Part shown: positions 23,601 to 37,411 of the stretch, in pieces | Layout: each line of letters opens with the position of its first letter | Position numbering within the stretch: the first letter of the stretch is position 1 | Translations under genes and position numbers: made by a program | DNA from: Schizochytrium sp. TIO01 | Taxonomy: Eukaryota; Protista; Bigyra: Labyrinthulomycetes | Assembly: GCA_004764695.1 (NCBI GenBank) | Contig: SMSO01000034.1 | Coordinates: 2,480,001 to 2,544,000, forward strand | Reading direction: 5' to 3' | DNA length: 64,000 nt | Notes under the pieces: generated by a model | Databases searched by the model: none | The model's input: only the letters and a program-made list of their open reading frames with translations | What the model was told of the DNA's origin: nothing

Positions 23601-26600
23601 TTTATCGAGGAATTTAGTTTGATCTCGTGTTGATTGTAGTTTAAAGTGAAGGAAATATACAAACAACTTTGAATGAAAAAGGACCTTGAGGAGGGACCTA
23701 TTTTCTTTTCTCTGTTACTTTTCAAAAGAATCAATAATGTTTTTCTTCTCAAAATAAACTTATACTTTTAATTGATAATTAATTCAAAAAATTAAATTTA
23801 AAAAAAAAAAAAGCGCGTTTCCTCGAAAGCAGGTACATTTAAAAACGAGTTCGCGAGAAAGAAAGAACTGTTGAACAGCCGAGTTTGCGAAACCTACGAA
23901 AGCGCCGTTCGAAGCTCTCGATACAAAGGCGAGAGAGAGAAAGCTCAAGCTATCCCTCAGGAAAGCGGCGCAGACTTCACCATTGCTCAGCATTGCTTGC
24001 GCTGCTTAACGTAACGAAGGTCAAAATAGATTTGCACCCGTCTCCAATCCTTATCGATGGATTTGCAGTTAGTCACATTACGAGGACCACAGAAAGAAGC
24101 ACCAATCAATGAATTCGATGACCGTGAGAATTGGTGCATGAATAAAACAGACAATTGCGAACGATTTGAAGAATCAAAGGATCCGCTTTGGACTGATAAC
24201 CTGTTGAAACTCAGAGAACCAAACTCATTTAAGTGACTTGAGATGGAATAGTATTTCACTGATCTTTCAGCCAGAAGGAAGGAAACAGGGATGATATTGA
24301 ACAGGTAGATTATGTATATTACTTTCGCCTTTGCAGCGGATAGAAGTAGGCAAAAGACGGCCTTGTGATGCGAAAACTGAGTTAAATGCACAGCAGAAGA
24401 TATCGATTACACCCCGATTAAAGGCCAAGGACGCAGTTATTTATTATATGGGCTTATTCACGCAGCGCCATCTTTCGAGTATCCATCCACTTTTCATCAA
24501 AGTTAGCCTTAAAGAATCAACGACCCAAAGGGCAATTTTATGAGCATATGAATAAAGAAGGACAACCTGAACGCTCTTTAAGGTTGGGCCCTGAAAACCT
24601 GGAAATGACGAGTGTGCTATCGATGAGGCAGATTGAAGATGGGGTCTGACGAGTTAAGATGAGGCAGTTTAGGACCCCTTTCAGCTCACGAGATACCAAC
24701 AAAGTCGCGATGTCGAGAACGAAGATCTGATTTGATTTCAACTCTTCAGAATTGCGAATCTATCGGATTTATAAGAGAAAAGAGCTGCAAATCAGGTGCC
24801 GCTGAATCAAAGAGATGAAATGAATATGAATAACATGTAATTCGTAGTAATTAATATTCCAATAAATAAAGAAAGAACTTGAAAACAAATTAAAAAATAA
24901 AAATACTAAGGATGTATGTACCCATTACGATATTTTCCCATCCTACGGAAATCGACCATCACTACACATAAATCACATGAGCGCCAACAATCACAAGCGA
25001 CGCCTCGAAAACCTCGGGCCAGAGCGAGTCGAAGCCTTCTGGAGGTGACATACTCTCACCGACGATGGCCAGACCCCGAGAGTCCGCTCACGGCCCACGG
25101 AGCTATGGGTTTTTGTTTCCCCGCTACCGCCTAGCCCGGCCTCGAGGTCCCAAAGTTTGCAATGTAAGAGCGGCGCGGCGAGATGCTCACGGCGTGCCAT
25201 AGGTCTAGCAAGGCCTTGGCGTGTGCTTGCTCCCTCACTCGCTCGCTCGGGGGGTTTGTGGTGGTGCAGCGTTCCTTAAACGATGGCGGTGACTGACTGC
25301 CTGCCCACATCAGGCAGCCAGCCACGAAACCTCCGCATAAGAATCATCATGGAACGCTGCCGATCGAAGACAAATCTTAGCGCACACTACCCAATGAGCG
25401 GCCAATTTCCATTTGTTTGCTTGTTTGTAACAGCCAAGAATCATCGATAATCGCATTTGTAGGTACCATCATCGTCATGTTTGTGGCGCCTTTGTGGAAA
25501 CTCCAGTGCTCAGCTGCACCAGAGAGACTCCAGGTTTCACGGTTCTCGCCTGATCAATCACTCGTTCATTGCAAACTTCGTTCTTCAAGGTGTCAGGTTG
25601 TCACATGGTGCTGTTCAACGTGAACTTGAGCTGATTGGTGGGCTTGGGGAATCAGGCGACACATGCCTAGCTAGCTAGATAAATTGATGGCATTATAGGC
25701 TTTACCGAGGAAGTGAAGACGGTAGACTTGAGGGCGGTGGAAAGAAGCTTAGTTGCGATTGCAGTATTTTGGCTGTATAAAGATCGCAGTCTCCGAGTTG
25801 GCGCCTGAATGCTGTGTGATAATGCAATGAAGCCGAAGAAACAATATTGCTGGGAATGAACGTAGATAGACTGAATGGCAACCTGCCGTTTGCTTTCTCC
25901 AACCGGAAAATTAGTCGTGAATGGTGATGATCGCAAGGAGTGGTTACTACTGCTTGTGTGGATCATAAAATTGGCTCTATGCAACATCATAAAGTGTTGA
26001 GGTTTTATCCAATGCAAAGGCGTTAAACTGTCCTCGGCGACAGAGCCCACTCACTCAAATAATGTGCGTAGAATAGGATTGGAGCGCGTGATAAATTAAT
26101 TCAGGCGTACGGCCTTGGAACTTGGACGAAAGATTTGCACAAAAGAAACCAAGCGAGCTGAAGAAACAAGCACTCGCTGCTCAAATTTGTGCTGCATCTT
26201 GCTCAACGAATCCCGATCACCTCTGTAAGTTATCGTGGTGCATTACGAGCAAGGTCTTGCCGACGCTGCAATACACTCTTTCAGTCTTTCGTCATGTGGA
26301 ACCTTGGCATTCCTTACAATCCTATACGGAGGTCTATAAGAGAACTCTTCAAATCTAGGTTTGCCACACCTTATCCCAGGATACCGAATGAAACATTAAT
26401 TCATTACTTTTTAAAAGTTATTTCATACACCCATACAATATCGCCTTCTAGTCCTAAGAAAGCATCTGACAAACCTAAATACCTACTATCCTACAATACA
26501 CCTCCATTCACTACTTATAACTCTATTTCAACTCCTAAGTTAATGTACCAAATATGTAGGGGACCCTATAATAGCCCCCTATCGCCCGTAAGCCTGTGTC

Positions 26601-29335
26601 TAACGTTTATCCTAAGAAGTTACTTTTGTTTAGGATTGTCGAAAGGACGGAGACGTCCCAAGTTGGACTTTGGTGACATGTGTTGACCGAAGTAATCACA
26701 ATCTACAAATAGAGAGACTCCGGAAGCTGCTATTTAAACTTTAAAATTATCCGCTGCAGCAGCCGTTAAAAATAATTACCATTATCCCTTTATTTTCAAC
26801 TTTTATTGAAAATTATTCAAAGGAAAAATCTGCGCAACGCAATTTTGATACCCGCTACCAAAATTTATTCCCACTTGGAATAACCTATGATTAAAAAATC
26901 ACAACTTAAAGCAAGGAGACCAGATCTATGATTATTTTACCTTGCCAGAACATGGATAGGTGGGGTCGAGGCCTCATGAGAGCTTCACAATGGCCACTAG
27001 CACTGCCTTTGATACTTTCAAAACCTCATGCTAATTAGCACCAAGTTTTCGAGCGCACCCGAATTCTTCGGAATTCACTCCGCATCTAAGAGTTTTTCAT
27101 ACCCCGAATCTTATTTTGGTCCCGTCTGTGAACAATATCTCTAACCAAAGCTGATAACAACATCAACAAATCATGCGGACCCCTCCTGGTCAGCTCTGCG
27201 ACGGATTGAGAGAGTTGGCTGCAATTTTGCGGTTTTGTTATGCTATTCCATGTTAAATAATTGAACAGTGAGTGGAACTAAAGCATCAACGGCACACAAT
27301 CCGACAGCTCACAAACTGAGCTTATATGATGCAGTTTTACTAGTTCTCAACAGAGAAAGTAAGAAAATATGCAACGTGATATATGGGGCTTTGATTTTTA
27401 CTTCGGCATTATAACCTATTCAGATTGAATATGCCTTCTCGAAATGAGAAAAAATGAAGTCCGAGTCTTGAAAATGAAGAAAGGCTAGAGATCGTACTCT
27501 GTTTACTTTTATTGTTTTGCTAAGATAGCAACCTCACATACCTGCTCTTAAGATAAGCAGGAGGAGTAGCCATTCCATTGTTTTCATACCTAAACCTATA
27601 CAGACTTCAGTGGTCGTTCGGCATTTCCCTTTTAAATTTCTCTCAACCTGTATCAAAGAGCTTGTGGCATATCTCCATCTGGGTCAATCGTGAAAAAAAA
27701 GAAAAAAAAAGAAAAAAAATCGGGGAGAAGAACTTCTAGATATGGGCCATCATACCTTTCCACTCAAAAGCCTCGTCACTTGTACTTTTTCTCTTGACGA
27801 GTAGCTAGATTATGCGGATACAAATTAAGCTTCGACCCTGGAGTCGAAGAAAGTGGGCTGTGTTTTGCTCTTCCTGTCAGCACCCTCAGTGTGCGATTTT
27901 CTCTTCAAACTATCACTTTTCCCGCAGCAACAGGCTCTACCCTCCACCCTTGCTTTCCAATCCAAGAGCTATCTATGGTCTCATTCGTTTGTCCAAAGAT
28001 TGGTTTTCAACTGCTGCCTTCAAAGTATGGAGTCCCTAGGTTATCCAAGTGAATTGAACGCGACCAGCTCGACGAACAGGGCTATTTCAAGCAGTTCTGT
28101 AATGCAGGAATCTGTACCTTCCTAATGCAGCCCGGTTCCCCTTGGATCCAACAAATACTAGGATGCAGGAGTTCCCCGTGTACCCTTACACAAACTATGA
28201 AGTATAGGCCAGATCATCAACTGCACATTAGCAACTTGGACAATTCACAAACATCTCCCTTGATCAAGCTCCTTTCGTGATCCACAATGCTGTTGTAAGC
28301 CATCATCAACAACGTCCCATCTCTTTGACTACGTAGATACCAGCGCAAGTGTACTCAGACTTTGACGCGCGTCCTGACAATATCGTTGGCCCCAAAAAGG
28401 TGCCTCCGCAGCTTCCAGTCCGGCCAGTACAGGCTCCAGCTGCCCGAAGTCCTGAGGCTCGAGTAAGACTCTGGCACCAAGCTTGCAGTTACCAAAGTCC
28501 GCGATTCAATCTGGCCCATGGTCAAGATGGGTGTTTGACTTGAGCTCGAGTGAGATTCGGACCTCCGTCGGGCAGTGCACACCTTTTGTGGCAGCCAAAA
28601 TTGCATCATCTTCGTGGTTACAATCCTCATCTTCGAACCTTCGGGCTCGCTGAAAAACTTCAACGCAACTCCAAGAAGGCCAACGAAGATGCATCGCAAA
28701 GGCTGGCTAGTCGCCCAAGCCTTTTCTCTCGAAATTAAGTTTTTGATGCGAGACGCCGCTGCCTGCTAAATCCGTGCGCTTGAAGACAATTGCGTGCGAG
28801 CGAGGGTGCGCTGCTTCCTTGACTAGCGATGATTGTCTGTCTCTGCATGTCACCCCAAAAAAACTTAACTCGGAAGAAGTGCACGCGCTGCACGCACGCT
28901 GAGGAGCGTTCCAAATGTGGCAAATGATGATGGGCTAGAAGTACGAGGCAGCCGTGCTTGTTGGACGCTACCAAGGCCGGTCAGGTCGCTGAGCGAATCG
29001 AGCAAAGGATCTCTCGCAGTTCAAGAAGATGCAGCCCTTGCTTGCGTAGATTCAAGTTCCATCCCTCGTGGGCTTGTGAGCAATTGCGCGGTGCGATTTG
29101 AAAGTGCTACTTTTGAAGGCCTAAGAGGCAGGCATAGGAGTTAAAGTAGGAGGTCGATGCAAGTGCTAGAAAAACACGTGCCGCATTTAGAGGAACGGTA
29201 GAAAAAGTAAGAGATGATACAAGTCGGGGCTGCCTTGAGAACCAAAGCACTGGCAAAACCCGAATTGTCTTGAATGGAATGGTAGCTGGAGCTGGCTGGG
29301 CGGCTGGGCAATTCTAAACGACAGAGATTCCAAGT

Positions 29336-29887
29336 ATGCTCTTTGAAGCCGTTGTGGGTGGTGTGATTGGGCTGTTGTTTTTCCTTCTCGTTGCGGTTCT
29401 GGCAGGCTTTCTCGTATGGCGGCCAGTTGCAGTGAAGAAAGCACGCGATCTAGTGAAGAACTACGAAAACCAGGGTGAGATTGTCTATCTGTGCCCTGAG
29501 GACTTTGACACATCTGCATCGCCTCGGTGCTGCAGCATGAACATGTACAGTGTTGGATTTATCGTCTTTGGGGAAAGCACTCTATCTGTTGTTGAGTATG
29601 GTTATTTCCGTTGCTTTTGCTGTTGTGGTTACACAGAGTCTACCTACGAATATGACGAAGTGACTGTTGCTGACGCATTAAAACGACGGAAACGTAGCTC
29701 TAATGAAGAGTTTGCTCAAGCACAACGTCAAACAAAGCACAACTACATTCAAATAGGCCGTGGAGTGCTTTGCGCCAGCGAATACACATGTGCTGAGCTG
29801 ACAGCGAAAATCCGCTCCAGACAGCGTGGGGTTATCTCACATGAGGTCATTATCGCTGTTCCAGAGAATATCGACGACAAACTATAA
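29336..29887 (+). CDS. Hypothetical single-pass membrane protein, 183 aa
   Basis: ATG-initiated ORF with an N-terminal hydrophobic helix followed by KK. It has a Cys cluster (RCFCCCGY), and AT-rich sequence follows the stop. Confidence 0.65.
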   Translation: MLFEAVVGGVIGLLFFLLVAVLAGFLVWRPVAVKKARDLVKNYENQGEIVYLCPEDFDTSASPRCCSMNMYSVGFIVFGESTLSVVEYGYFRCFCCCGYTESTYEYDEVTVADALKRRKRSSNEEFAQAQRQTKHNYIQIGRGVLCASEYTCAELTAKIRSRQRGVISHEVIIAVPENIDDKL

Positions 29888-30060
29888 TAAATACGTCTTG
29901 ACAACTAATTAAATGTAAATATACCTTGGCTATTACGATACGTACAGAAATGGTATGTTTCTGCTATTAGAATATGTACGAATCAATTTAATTTTATTTA
30001 GATTTCTAAGAATTTTTGCCTTATGGCCAATGTGATAAAGACACAGGCTCACAAACTCAC

Positions 30061-33000
30061 TCAACTAATATCGCTTTCAAACGTTGTTGTGACGATCCAC
30101 TTACCATTGCGTTCTACAACATCAGGTATAATTGGAAATGGCTGATTTTTCTCATTAAAAGAAAGAGCTTCCTCTAATCCCAGCACTTGAAGGCATTGTT
30201 TTAGGATTTTGTCGGCCTTCTTAGGTTCAGGGAGTAGAGGGCCTTGCAGTTTAGCGCTTCCACTGTATCCACAATCTGCCATAGTGTCTACTTTATTCCA
30301 TTCAATATTGTGTGGTTGATCAACAAGAATAAGCACTGGCCAGCCATCATTCTTTATTGATTTCCGGTTCATCACCGTTTTATTTTCTTCCCAAAGCTGA
30401 TTTGTAAATTCAGCTTGCACAATGTAGATCCTTTTCACGCGCGCGACCCGGTTAAAGAAACCCATCTTTGCACTACTAAACAAAAGGATGTCCCCGGGGC
30501 GTAGCCTGCAATACACCCTTTCTAAATTACTAATATTCGAACTCCATAGGTAGTTATTCTCCACGAGAGGCTGAGGAGATGTAAGAGTGTGATCATTCTT
30601 TCCAAGATCGCCTGTTGGAACTAAAAAAATACGACGAGTATGACCCTTGTCCTCTTTTAGCCAATTTTTCTTCCTTGAAAAGGTTGATCTCGCCTTTTTG
30701 AACTTTTCCATCACCTCCTCGGGGTTAAGGGGGGCTTTATTTGAATCTGCATCGTTTGAAGCACCAGGCTTCGCAGTGTTTGAAGTTCTAGAGTCAGCTG
30801 AAGATGGCTTGTCAGAACCTGTGGTACTCAGATCGTCCGAGCCATCATGAGGCGATTTGCTAGCTCGGCCGGTATCCAAATTGTCAGAGTCCCCAGTTTC
30901 GAAATTGTTAGACTCTAAGATAGATGTCTGGTCAACATCCTCAGCCTTTTTTGGTAGCGGACCCTCGAGACGCTTCTTTGGAACATCTCTTGCCAACTCT
31001 TCAACGCACCCAGGAGGTGTCTCGTTATCCTTTACACCTGCGTCATTAATTGTTGATGAGCCCTTTCTGTTTTTTGGAACCCAGAGACGCATGCGCTTTG
31101 TCTTCGGAGTTGCCATGTCAGGGCCTGATGTAGCTGATTTGCCTGAATCAGAGCCTTCTGCAACTGATTGTTTGCCTGAATCAGAGCCTTCTGCAACTGA
31201 TTTGCTGAGGTCAGACCCTGCCGAAGCTAATCTTCTGGGCTCAGAGACTTCTCCAGCTACTCTTCTGGGGTTAGAGCCTGCCGAAGCTGACCTGCCGGGG
31301 TCAGAGACTTCTCCAGCTGATCTACCGAAATCAGAGCCTTCCCCAGCTACTCTTCTGGGGTTAGAGCCTGCCGAAGCTGACCTGCCGGGGTCAGAGACTT
31401 CTCCAGCTGATCTACCGAAATCAGAGCCTTCCCCAGCTACTCTTCTGGGGTTAGAGCCTGCCGAAGCTGACCTGCCGGGGTCAGAGACTTCTCCAGCTGA
31501 TCTACCGAAATCAGAGCCTTCCCCAGCTACTCTTCTGGGGTCAGAGCCTGCTGCAACTGATCGCGGGTCCTCGAGACGCTTCTTTGGAACATCCCTTGCC
31601 GACTCTTCAACGCACCCAGGAGGTGTCTCGTTATCCTTTACACCTGCGTCATTAATTGTTGATGAGCCCTTTCTGTTTTTTGGAACCCAGAGACGCATGC
31701 GCTTTGTCTTCGGAGTTGCCATGTCAGGGCCTGATGTAGCTGATTTGCCTGAATCAGAGCCTTCTGCAACTGATTTACTGAGGTCAGAGCCTGCCGAAGC
31801 TAATCTTCTGGGGTCAGAGACTTCTCCAGCTAAGCTGCCGGGGTCAGAGCTTGATGCAGCTGATCTGTCAGAATCAGAGCCTGCCGAAGCTAATCTTTTG
31901 GGGTCAGAGCTTGATGCAGCTGATCTGTTAGAATCAGAGCCTGACGCAGCTGATCTGTCAGAATCAGAGCCTGACGCAGCTGATCTGTCAGAATCAGAGC
32001 CTGACGCAGCTGATCTGTCAGAATCAGAGCCTGCTACAGCTGATCTGCCAGCATCTGATCTGTCAGAAACAGAGCCTGCTGCAGGTGTTGCAGGTTTTGC
32101 GTCTGTGTCTATGGCAATTGATTTGTCAGAGTCCAGTTTTCTAAGAAAAATCACCGCAACCTTGGTATTTGGGTGGGACAGTATCCTCACACCAAAAAGA
32201 ACATAACTAATTTTGTCGATGTTAAGAATACCTTTTTTAGGATCCAAGATATTACCCACTTCACCGAATTTGGCAATTTCTTCTACTCGAAAAGTTAGGA
32301 AAAGTTCCTTCGCTTGGACAGGTAAGCAAATGTGCAGGTTCACAATGTTACGAGTCGGGCATTTGGATGGTGCTTCAATGAAGTATAAATTTGGAACACC
32401 GTTCCCAATAGACAAACCACAGCTGTTTGATGACCCAATCAGATCTCTAGCCCACTTTTCCTCAAAATGTACTGGTAGTCGTTCTGATAACAGCTCCCCG
32501 GCCACGAACTCTCTCATATTTTCGTTAGCCATAAAGTTGCTCCATTGGTATGGACCGTTGCCAGCCACAAAAATCATCTTAAATTCATCATTACAAACCA
32601 TTTGAGTATTCTGCCGTGACCCAATCTTCCTCAAATATTTTTCCCCAAGTGACCTTTCTTATTCTGGACACAGACAAAAAAGTGTATCCTCTGTTGTACC
32701 TGATTGTTTAACCGATTCAGATGATTCAAGATAGCGAACATTAATGTGTAGACGTGTGACTATATTCCCCCCGGTCGCCGCATCATTGAAGAATTCATTT
32801 AATTGGTTTTTTTTTGGAATAAGGCTTTCCCATTTCCGCTTTCTTTCTTCTGAATTTGTCAATCTCGAAGACGCAGCGTCAAATGGAAGCCAAATAAGTA
32901 TTGCCCTGCTAAAAATTGACTCAAGTGCAGAAGCAAGACTTAATTGGTCTCCACTAGTTTTCATTCCCTCACGGATAACCTCACGTTGTATCTCCAGTAT

Positions 33001-33693
33001 TTTATCCTGTGAGAGTGGAAGGTGAATAAATTTGAGGGTAGTTACTTCATCATTTTGTGGCCCGTTGCTGCGATGTTGGGAAGCCAGTAAACGCTCCTTA
33101 CGTTCCTTCTGAAGATGGCTTAAGAGTTTTTTCAGGGTTTCTGCGCATAGATGGCTTTCTGAGCAGAGATCCTCGAGAAGGGTTGTGTCAACTCTGTGTA
33201 AAGAAAGGCGTAACTCTTTGATGTTTGAACGTTTTATTTTATTAAACGCGTGACCCCACGCATCCGCACTAAGGTGGTTGCCAGATAGATCGAGTAATTC
33301 AAGTTTTTCTTTGATTACATCTTTGATGAAATCCGCCGTTTCCCTCCTGTCAATCAACGCATTTTTCGCGGAGATCGACTCTAACGAATTAAGTTCATCC
33401 GTTAGCTTCTTTATTTTTCCATGATCAACTATTTCCTTGAAGAAGCCCTCGTCAAATTCAAGCTGTTTGACTTGATCTGCTCGATCCTTCACTATATCAA
33501 CAAAGATTCGCTCGAGGTCCTGGGCTTCACAGATAGGCAATGGCAGCTTCTTCAATGGTGAGCAGTCCTTCAGCAATGATAGATATGTGTTGAATAAACT
33601 GCGATTTTGCCTTTTTAGCTCCTGGCTTTCCTGGTTTTGCAGCTGTTCTGGAGCCTGAGAATAACCCATGCCTCCGTTCTGCAATCCCCTCAT
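30061..33693 (-). pseudogene. Long ORF interrupted by one in-frame TAA: LRR-like N-terminal part, Ser/Asp/Gly/Ala repeats, C-terminal EVE/PUA-like domain
   Basis: ORFs 32659-33711 and 30061-32634 share a frame and read CPE*ERSLGEKYLRKIG across the TAA at 32659-32661. LRR-like LELLDLSGNHLS is upstream. The C-terminus has IFLVP...YLWS...LRPGDILLF...ARV...LWE...WPVLILV...CGY...LQG. Confidence 0.6.
30960..32075 (-). repeat. Coding minisatellite: 30-bp units, 90-bp higher-order triplication and a ~200-bp internal duplication
   Basis: Variants of the unit tcagagcctgacgcagctgatctgtcagaa. The peptide block KSATSGPDMATPKTKRMRLWVPKNRKG...DVPKKRLE occurs twice. Confidence 0.92.
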
Positions 33694-34371
33694 CACCGAA
33701 GTCGTGCCCACAGCGAGTGCCGGTGGTCAGCCCCTCCAGCCTCGACAGTGCCTGCTCTTATGTGCCAGATCGTTGCCCTAGACACTGCTCCTGTATAATT
33801 CCAAAGACTCGGAGCCTTCGTCATGAAGAATGTGATCTGACAATCCATGAGATGAGAGCACAACATTCTTAGATCCAGGTGTGTATCGTATGAATCGGTT
33901 TATATACCAGAAACAATACCAATCAATTGAGAATTACTTACTTTTTGCTAACCCGCTCTCAAGCTAATTTTGTCACCATTGCTGCAATTGATGTTACTAT
34001 GACCAAGCAAAGGCTAATGAAGATGCTCAGTATTCCATCCTAAGAATATCAACAAACACCTCGAACGAGCTGGAATTGCGATATCTTCACGACTCTGTTC
34101 ATTGCTTCGCTCATGTTCGTTGACTGGTCAATCGTGATTGACAAATGAATATTTCTTTAACTTTTTTAATTTAAAAAAGGAAAGATAGAGTATATAGTGC
34201 TACCTAACTTTATGCCTAGTAAATTCTTAAGAGGAAAATACAAGAGATAGATAACCACCTTTGATAGCGAGAACAATCCATTTTTGCTTGCCCATGACGT
34301 GAAGAGGAGCAAGCATGATTGCAATCATGCATAAAGGTTAACTGAATAAAAGGGGAGATTATTTTTCTATT

Positions 34372-35622
34372 TCATGTTTGTTGCTTTTTCTCTTTATCTA
34401 CTTGCTCATTTGAATTTACTTCTCTCCCATAATTCGTTTCGCTTAGATCAGTGCTATCTGGGCGAGACATACTGCAGTGAACTCCATTCATATTGAGATA
34501 AGGTGCCAACTTAAACAGAGATTCCCCATTAAAATATTTGTGGGCGGCTTCGAGAATTGAGTGAAGCAGTTTTACAGTTGCTAGAAATCGTTGTACTTCC
34601 CTAGCTTCCTTTGCTGTCTTCGTCACTTTATCTTGAATGTTGGCTATTTTTTTCACTTCATTCAAAGGCTTTTTGTATTTTTCGTTTTTTTTAGTCAGCC
34701 AAGTTATGGATGCAGAGCAAAAGCAACTTCTTCCCAGGGTGTTCATATGAGAACACAAGGGTACAATTCTGCCATTTGAAGCGAAAATATCATCACAGTT
34801 TTCAGGTTCCTGGAAATAGTGATATCGATGGGGATCTTCAGACTTATCCTCACTTTTCTTTGCAGAAAGGAGCAGAAGCAGCTGGAGGACCCTATGATTT
34901 TCAGTCAGCTTTTTGACTAAACCATGCTTAAATAGGCAATCCTTTCTCCCTCCTTGTTGGTTGCTACGTTCTTCTAATGGTTGCTCAAATTTTTCTGAAG
35001 CTTTATCCCAGTAGAGAAGCCCATATACATGGTATAAGTGAATCTCAATTCTGATTTCTACCTCTGTGGCTTTAAGTTTGATGTCTTCCGCGTTGGACTC
35101 AGTCGAAGTTTCCAAGGAAGTCCTGTAATGTGCCACAGATTCTGTAACAGCTTCAGTCATCCTCGAAGCCAAATGCATCGTACGTCTCCTTTTGTATGAT
35201 ATGGACATGATGTACTGATGCACAGGTCGCTTGAGCTCCTGCATGTCTTTACTAATATTGGTCCTATAAATTAACATTTCGGTACCTTGAAGTGGTCCGT
35301 GTTCCTTCTTAAAGTTCTCCGAGAACGTTTCTAATGGTTTAGGACAGTCTGGTTCTGCAGAATGGTAATTACAATCATACTCAGATAGAATGTCAAAGCA
35401 TTTTTTTGAAAATGAAATGAAATATTTGAAGGGCCCCGCGCCTCCATTTTCGTCGGTTGAGGCTTCTCCTTCCCCTTCATCTGAACTGCTGTTAAAGCTA
35501 TAGGCGTCATCATCCGAGTGGTGATCATCGTTCGGTTCTGGTTCCTTATTGTTAGCGAAATCCAAAAATGTTGCGTCGGCCTGACTGACCCGCTCTCCGC
35601 TGCTGCCTTGGGTTTCCGACAT
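34372..35622 (-). CDS. Hypothetical protein, orphan family paralog A (416 aa)
   Basis: ATG ORF sharing the motifs HVYGLLY, VPLCSHMN, NGxSLFxxAPY and ExNY with 36266-37411. Confidence 0.75.
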   Translation of the reverse strand: MSETQGSSGERVSQADATFLDFANNKEPEPNDDHHSDDDAYSFNSSSDEGEGEASTDENGGAGPFKYFISFSKKCFDILSEYDCNYHSAEPDCPKPLETFSENFKKEHGPLQGTEMLIYRTNISKDMQELKRPVHQYIMSISYKRRRTMHLASRMTEAVTESVAHYRTSLETSTESNAEDIKLKATEVEIRIEIHLYHVYGLLYWDKASEKFEQPLEERSNQQGGRKDCLFKHGLVKKLTENHRVLQLLLLLSAKKSEDKSEDPHRYHYFQEPENCDDIFASNGRIVPLCSHMNTLGRSCFCSASITWLTKKNEKYKKPLNEVKKIANIQDKVTKTAKEAREVQRFLATVKLLHSILEAAHKYFNGESLFKLAPYLNMNGVHCSMSRPDSTDLSETNYGREVNSNEQVDKEKKQQT

Positions 35623-36265
35623 CCCTGACTGATCTTCTTGTACAATATCTATCGAAGGACAGGCTTAAGAGAGAGAGAAAGGGAGATGGCACGTTCACGA
35701 CACCACGTTCAAAGCAATCCAGGCGGGGATCGAACTCGACGACCTTGCTGGCCTGTCCAAAGAGTTTCAGAAACTCCTACGCGCAGCCCAGCTCACGCGC
35801 CTCCTTGGTTCTCAAGACAGGGTTCCAGGATGTGTGCTCAGAGAGAGCGGGGAGCGACGATATTGTTTTGCCTGGTCCCTAAATGCACATCACCGCTACG
35901 ATTTTTACTTAGGCTAGTTTGCCAAGCTAAACTATAGTAGTAGGCAGCCGATGGATGTCTTCTGAGAAAAGAAATAGTCGCGCGTTTTTGTTTTCAATTG
36001 CAGTATTTATTTCTGCTACATTCACGGCAATGAACAAATCAAACGCTAAAACAAGAAACAAATAGTCTAATTCGTTGCATGATACTGTAGCCATGATCAA
36101 TAACATAATGAAGAACAGCCAGCATCAATCAACCTAGTCCGTAACTAATAGTAAAGTGTTATATAAGAAGAACTTAGAAGTAGTAGTAATGCTATTCTCT
36201 AAGTAGAACACTCCTGTTTATGATGAGATAAATAATTTATTTGGAATGACATCAGCGAATATCAA

Positions 36266-37411
36266 CTAACTTCTATTTGATGCATCTTGTAGACGTCGAT
36301 AATTTATTTCTCGTAGAAGAACGTTATTTGGGTGAGACTTGGGGCATAAAACTCCGTACTTATCGAAATAAGGTGCAATTTCAAATAAAGACAGCCCATT
36401 TAGAAATTCATGAGCAGCTTTCGAAATCGAGTCCAGCATAATGACAATTGCTTCGAATTGTTCTCTTGTAGAGTTTTGCTGTTCCTGCATTTTTTCGAAA
36501 GGATTTCGATACTTGTTCGAATCCACTGATAATAGCCAGTTGGTAGCCATTTTACATGGTTTAGGATTTCCCCAAATATTCATGTGAGAACACAAGGGGA
36601 CAGGAACATGGACAGTCCCTGCTTGGCGAGGTGTGCGAGATGTCATGTTTTCATCATGTATATTGCTTTCAGGCTCAGTAAAATATATTATCTCATTGAT
36701 ATGACGCCCAGTACCATTTCTTCTCGACCTTACCGGAGTTGCACTAAGAAATAAAAGAATTTGTACAACCTTGGGGTTTCTATGGAGCAGTTCCTTCAAT
36801 GCCGCCTTCCTAGGAACTGTTGATGGTATTTCGACGTTCAAACGGGTGGAACCATCTTCAACTCTACTCATCAAGTAAAGAAGACCATAAACATGGCACA
36901 GATCAATTTGAATTTTGTTCGCAACCCTTAGGCTTGATTCTTGAAGTGTCCTGCGGCATTTATCAACACTTTCTTTAAATACCGAGTGCATTCTGGTGTG
37001 AGCCCACTCTTTATGTATCTGTTCAAACTGTGCAGATTTGACATACTGACACAGATGTTTCTGAAGATCTGCCCTGGCTGGGTGATCTTCTAGGTCCAAA
37101 ATATTATCAGCAAGCCTTACTATGTTGCTAAAATGTTGAATCGAGCTGTGTTCACGAATAAATTTGGTGATGAATGCATTAAGTCTTCTTTCTTCTTGAT
37201 CATTTGAGTTTGATGACAACTTATACTCTCGGAACAGTGTTTCACATGCTGGTGAGAAGGAAAGTACACTCCCACTCGTTTGAACTGCGAGAGTGTCAGG
37301 ATCAGTACTTCTATTGACGGGAAGATCCTCGGAAACTTTTTCCAAGTTCACGTCATCCAAGTTCACGTCATCCAAGTTCACGTCATCCAAGTTCATGTCA
37401 TCCAAGTTCAC
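36266..37411 (-). CDS. Hypothetical protein, orphan family paralog B (~380 aa; start uncertain)
   Basis: Same shared motifs as paralog A. It has an N-terminal 15-bp repeat (NLDDV). The first in-frame ATG is at 37396. Confidence 0.7.
   Translation of the reverse strand: MNLDDMNLDDVNLDDVNLDDVNLEKVSEDLPVNRSTDPDTLAVQTSGSVLSFSPACETLFREYKLSSNSNDQEERRLNAFITKFIREHSSIQHFSNIVRLADNILDLEDHPARADLQKHLCQYVKSAQFEQIHKEWAHTRMHSVFKESVDKCRRTLQESSLRVANKIQIDLCHVYGLLYLMSRVEDGSTRLNVEIPSTVPRKAALKELLHRNPKVVQILLFLSATPVRSRRNGTGRHINEIIYFTEPESNIHDENMTSRTPRQAGTVHVPVPLCSHMNIWGNPKPCKMATNWLLSVDSNKYRNPFEKMQEQQNSTREQFEAIVIMLDSISKAAHEFLNGLSLFEIAPYFDKYGVLCPKSHPNNVLLREINYRRLQDASNRS

Noticed and set aside
15756-29150. Many short ORFs
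   Set aside because: Mostly microsatellite translations or short frames without recognisable motifs. 27.8-29.1 kb might be a decayed gene but could not be identified.
30857-32206. 449-aa plus-strand ORF
   Set aside because: Antisense shadow of the 30-bp coding repeat.
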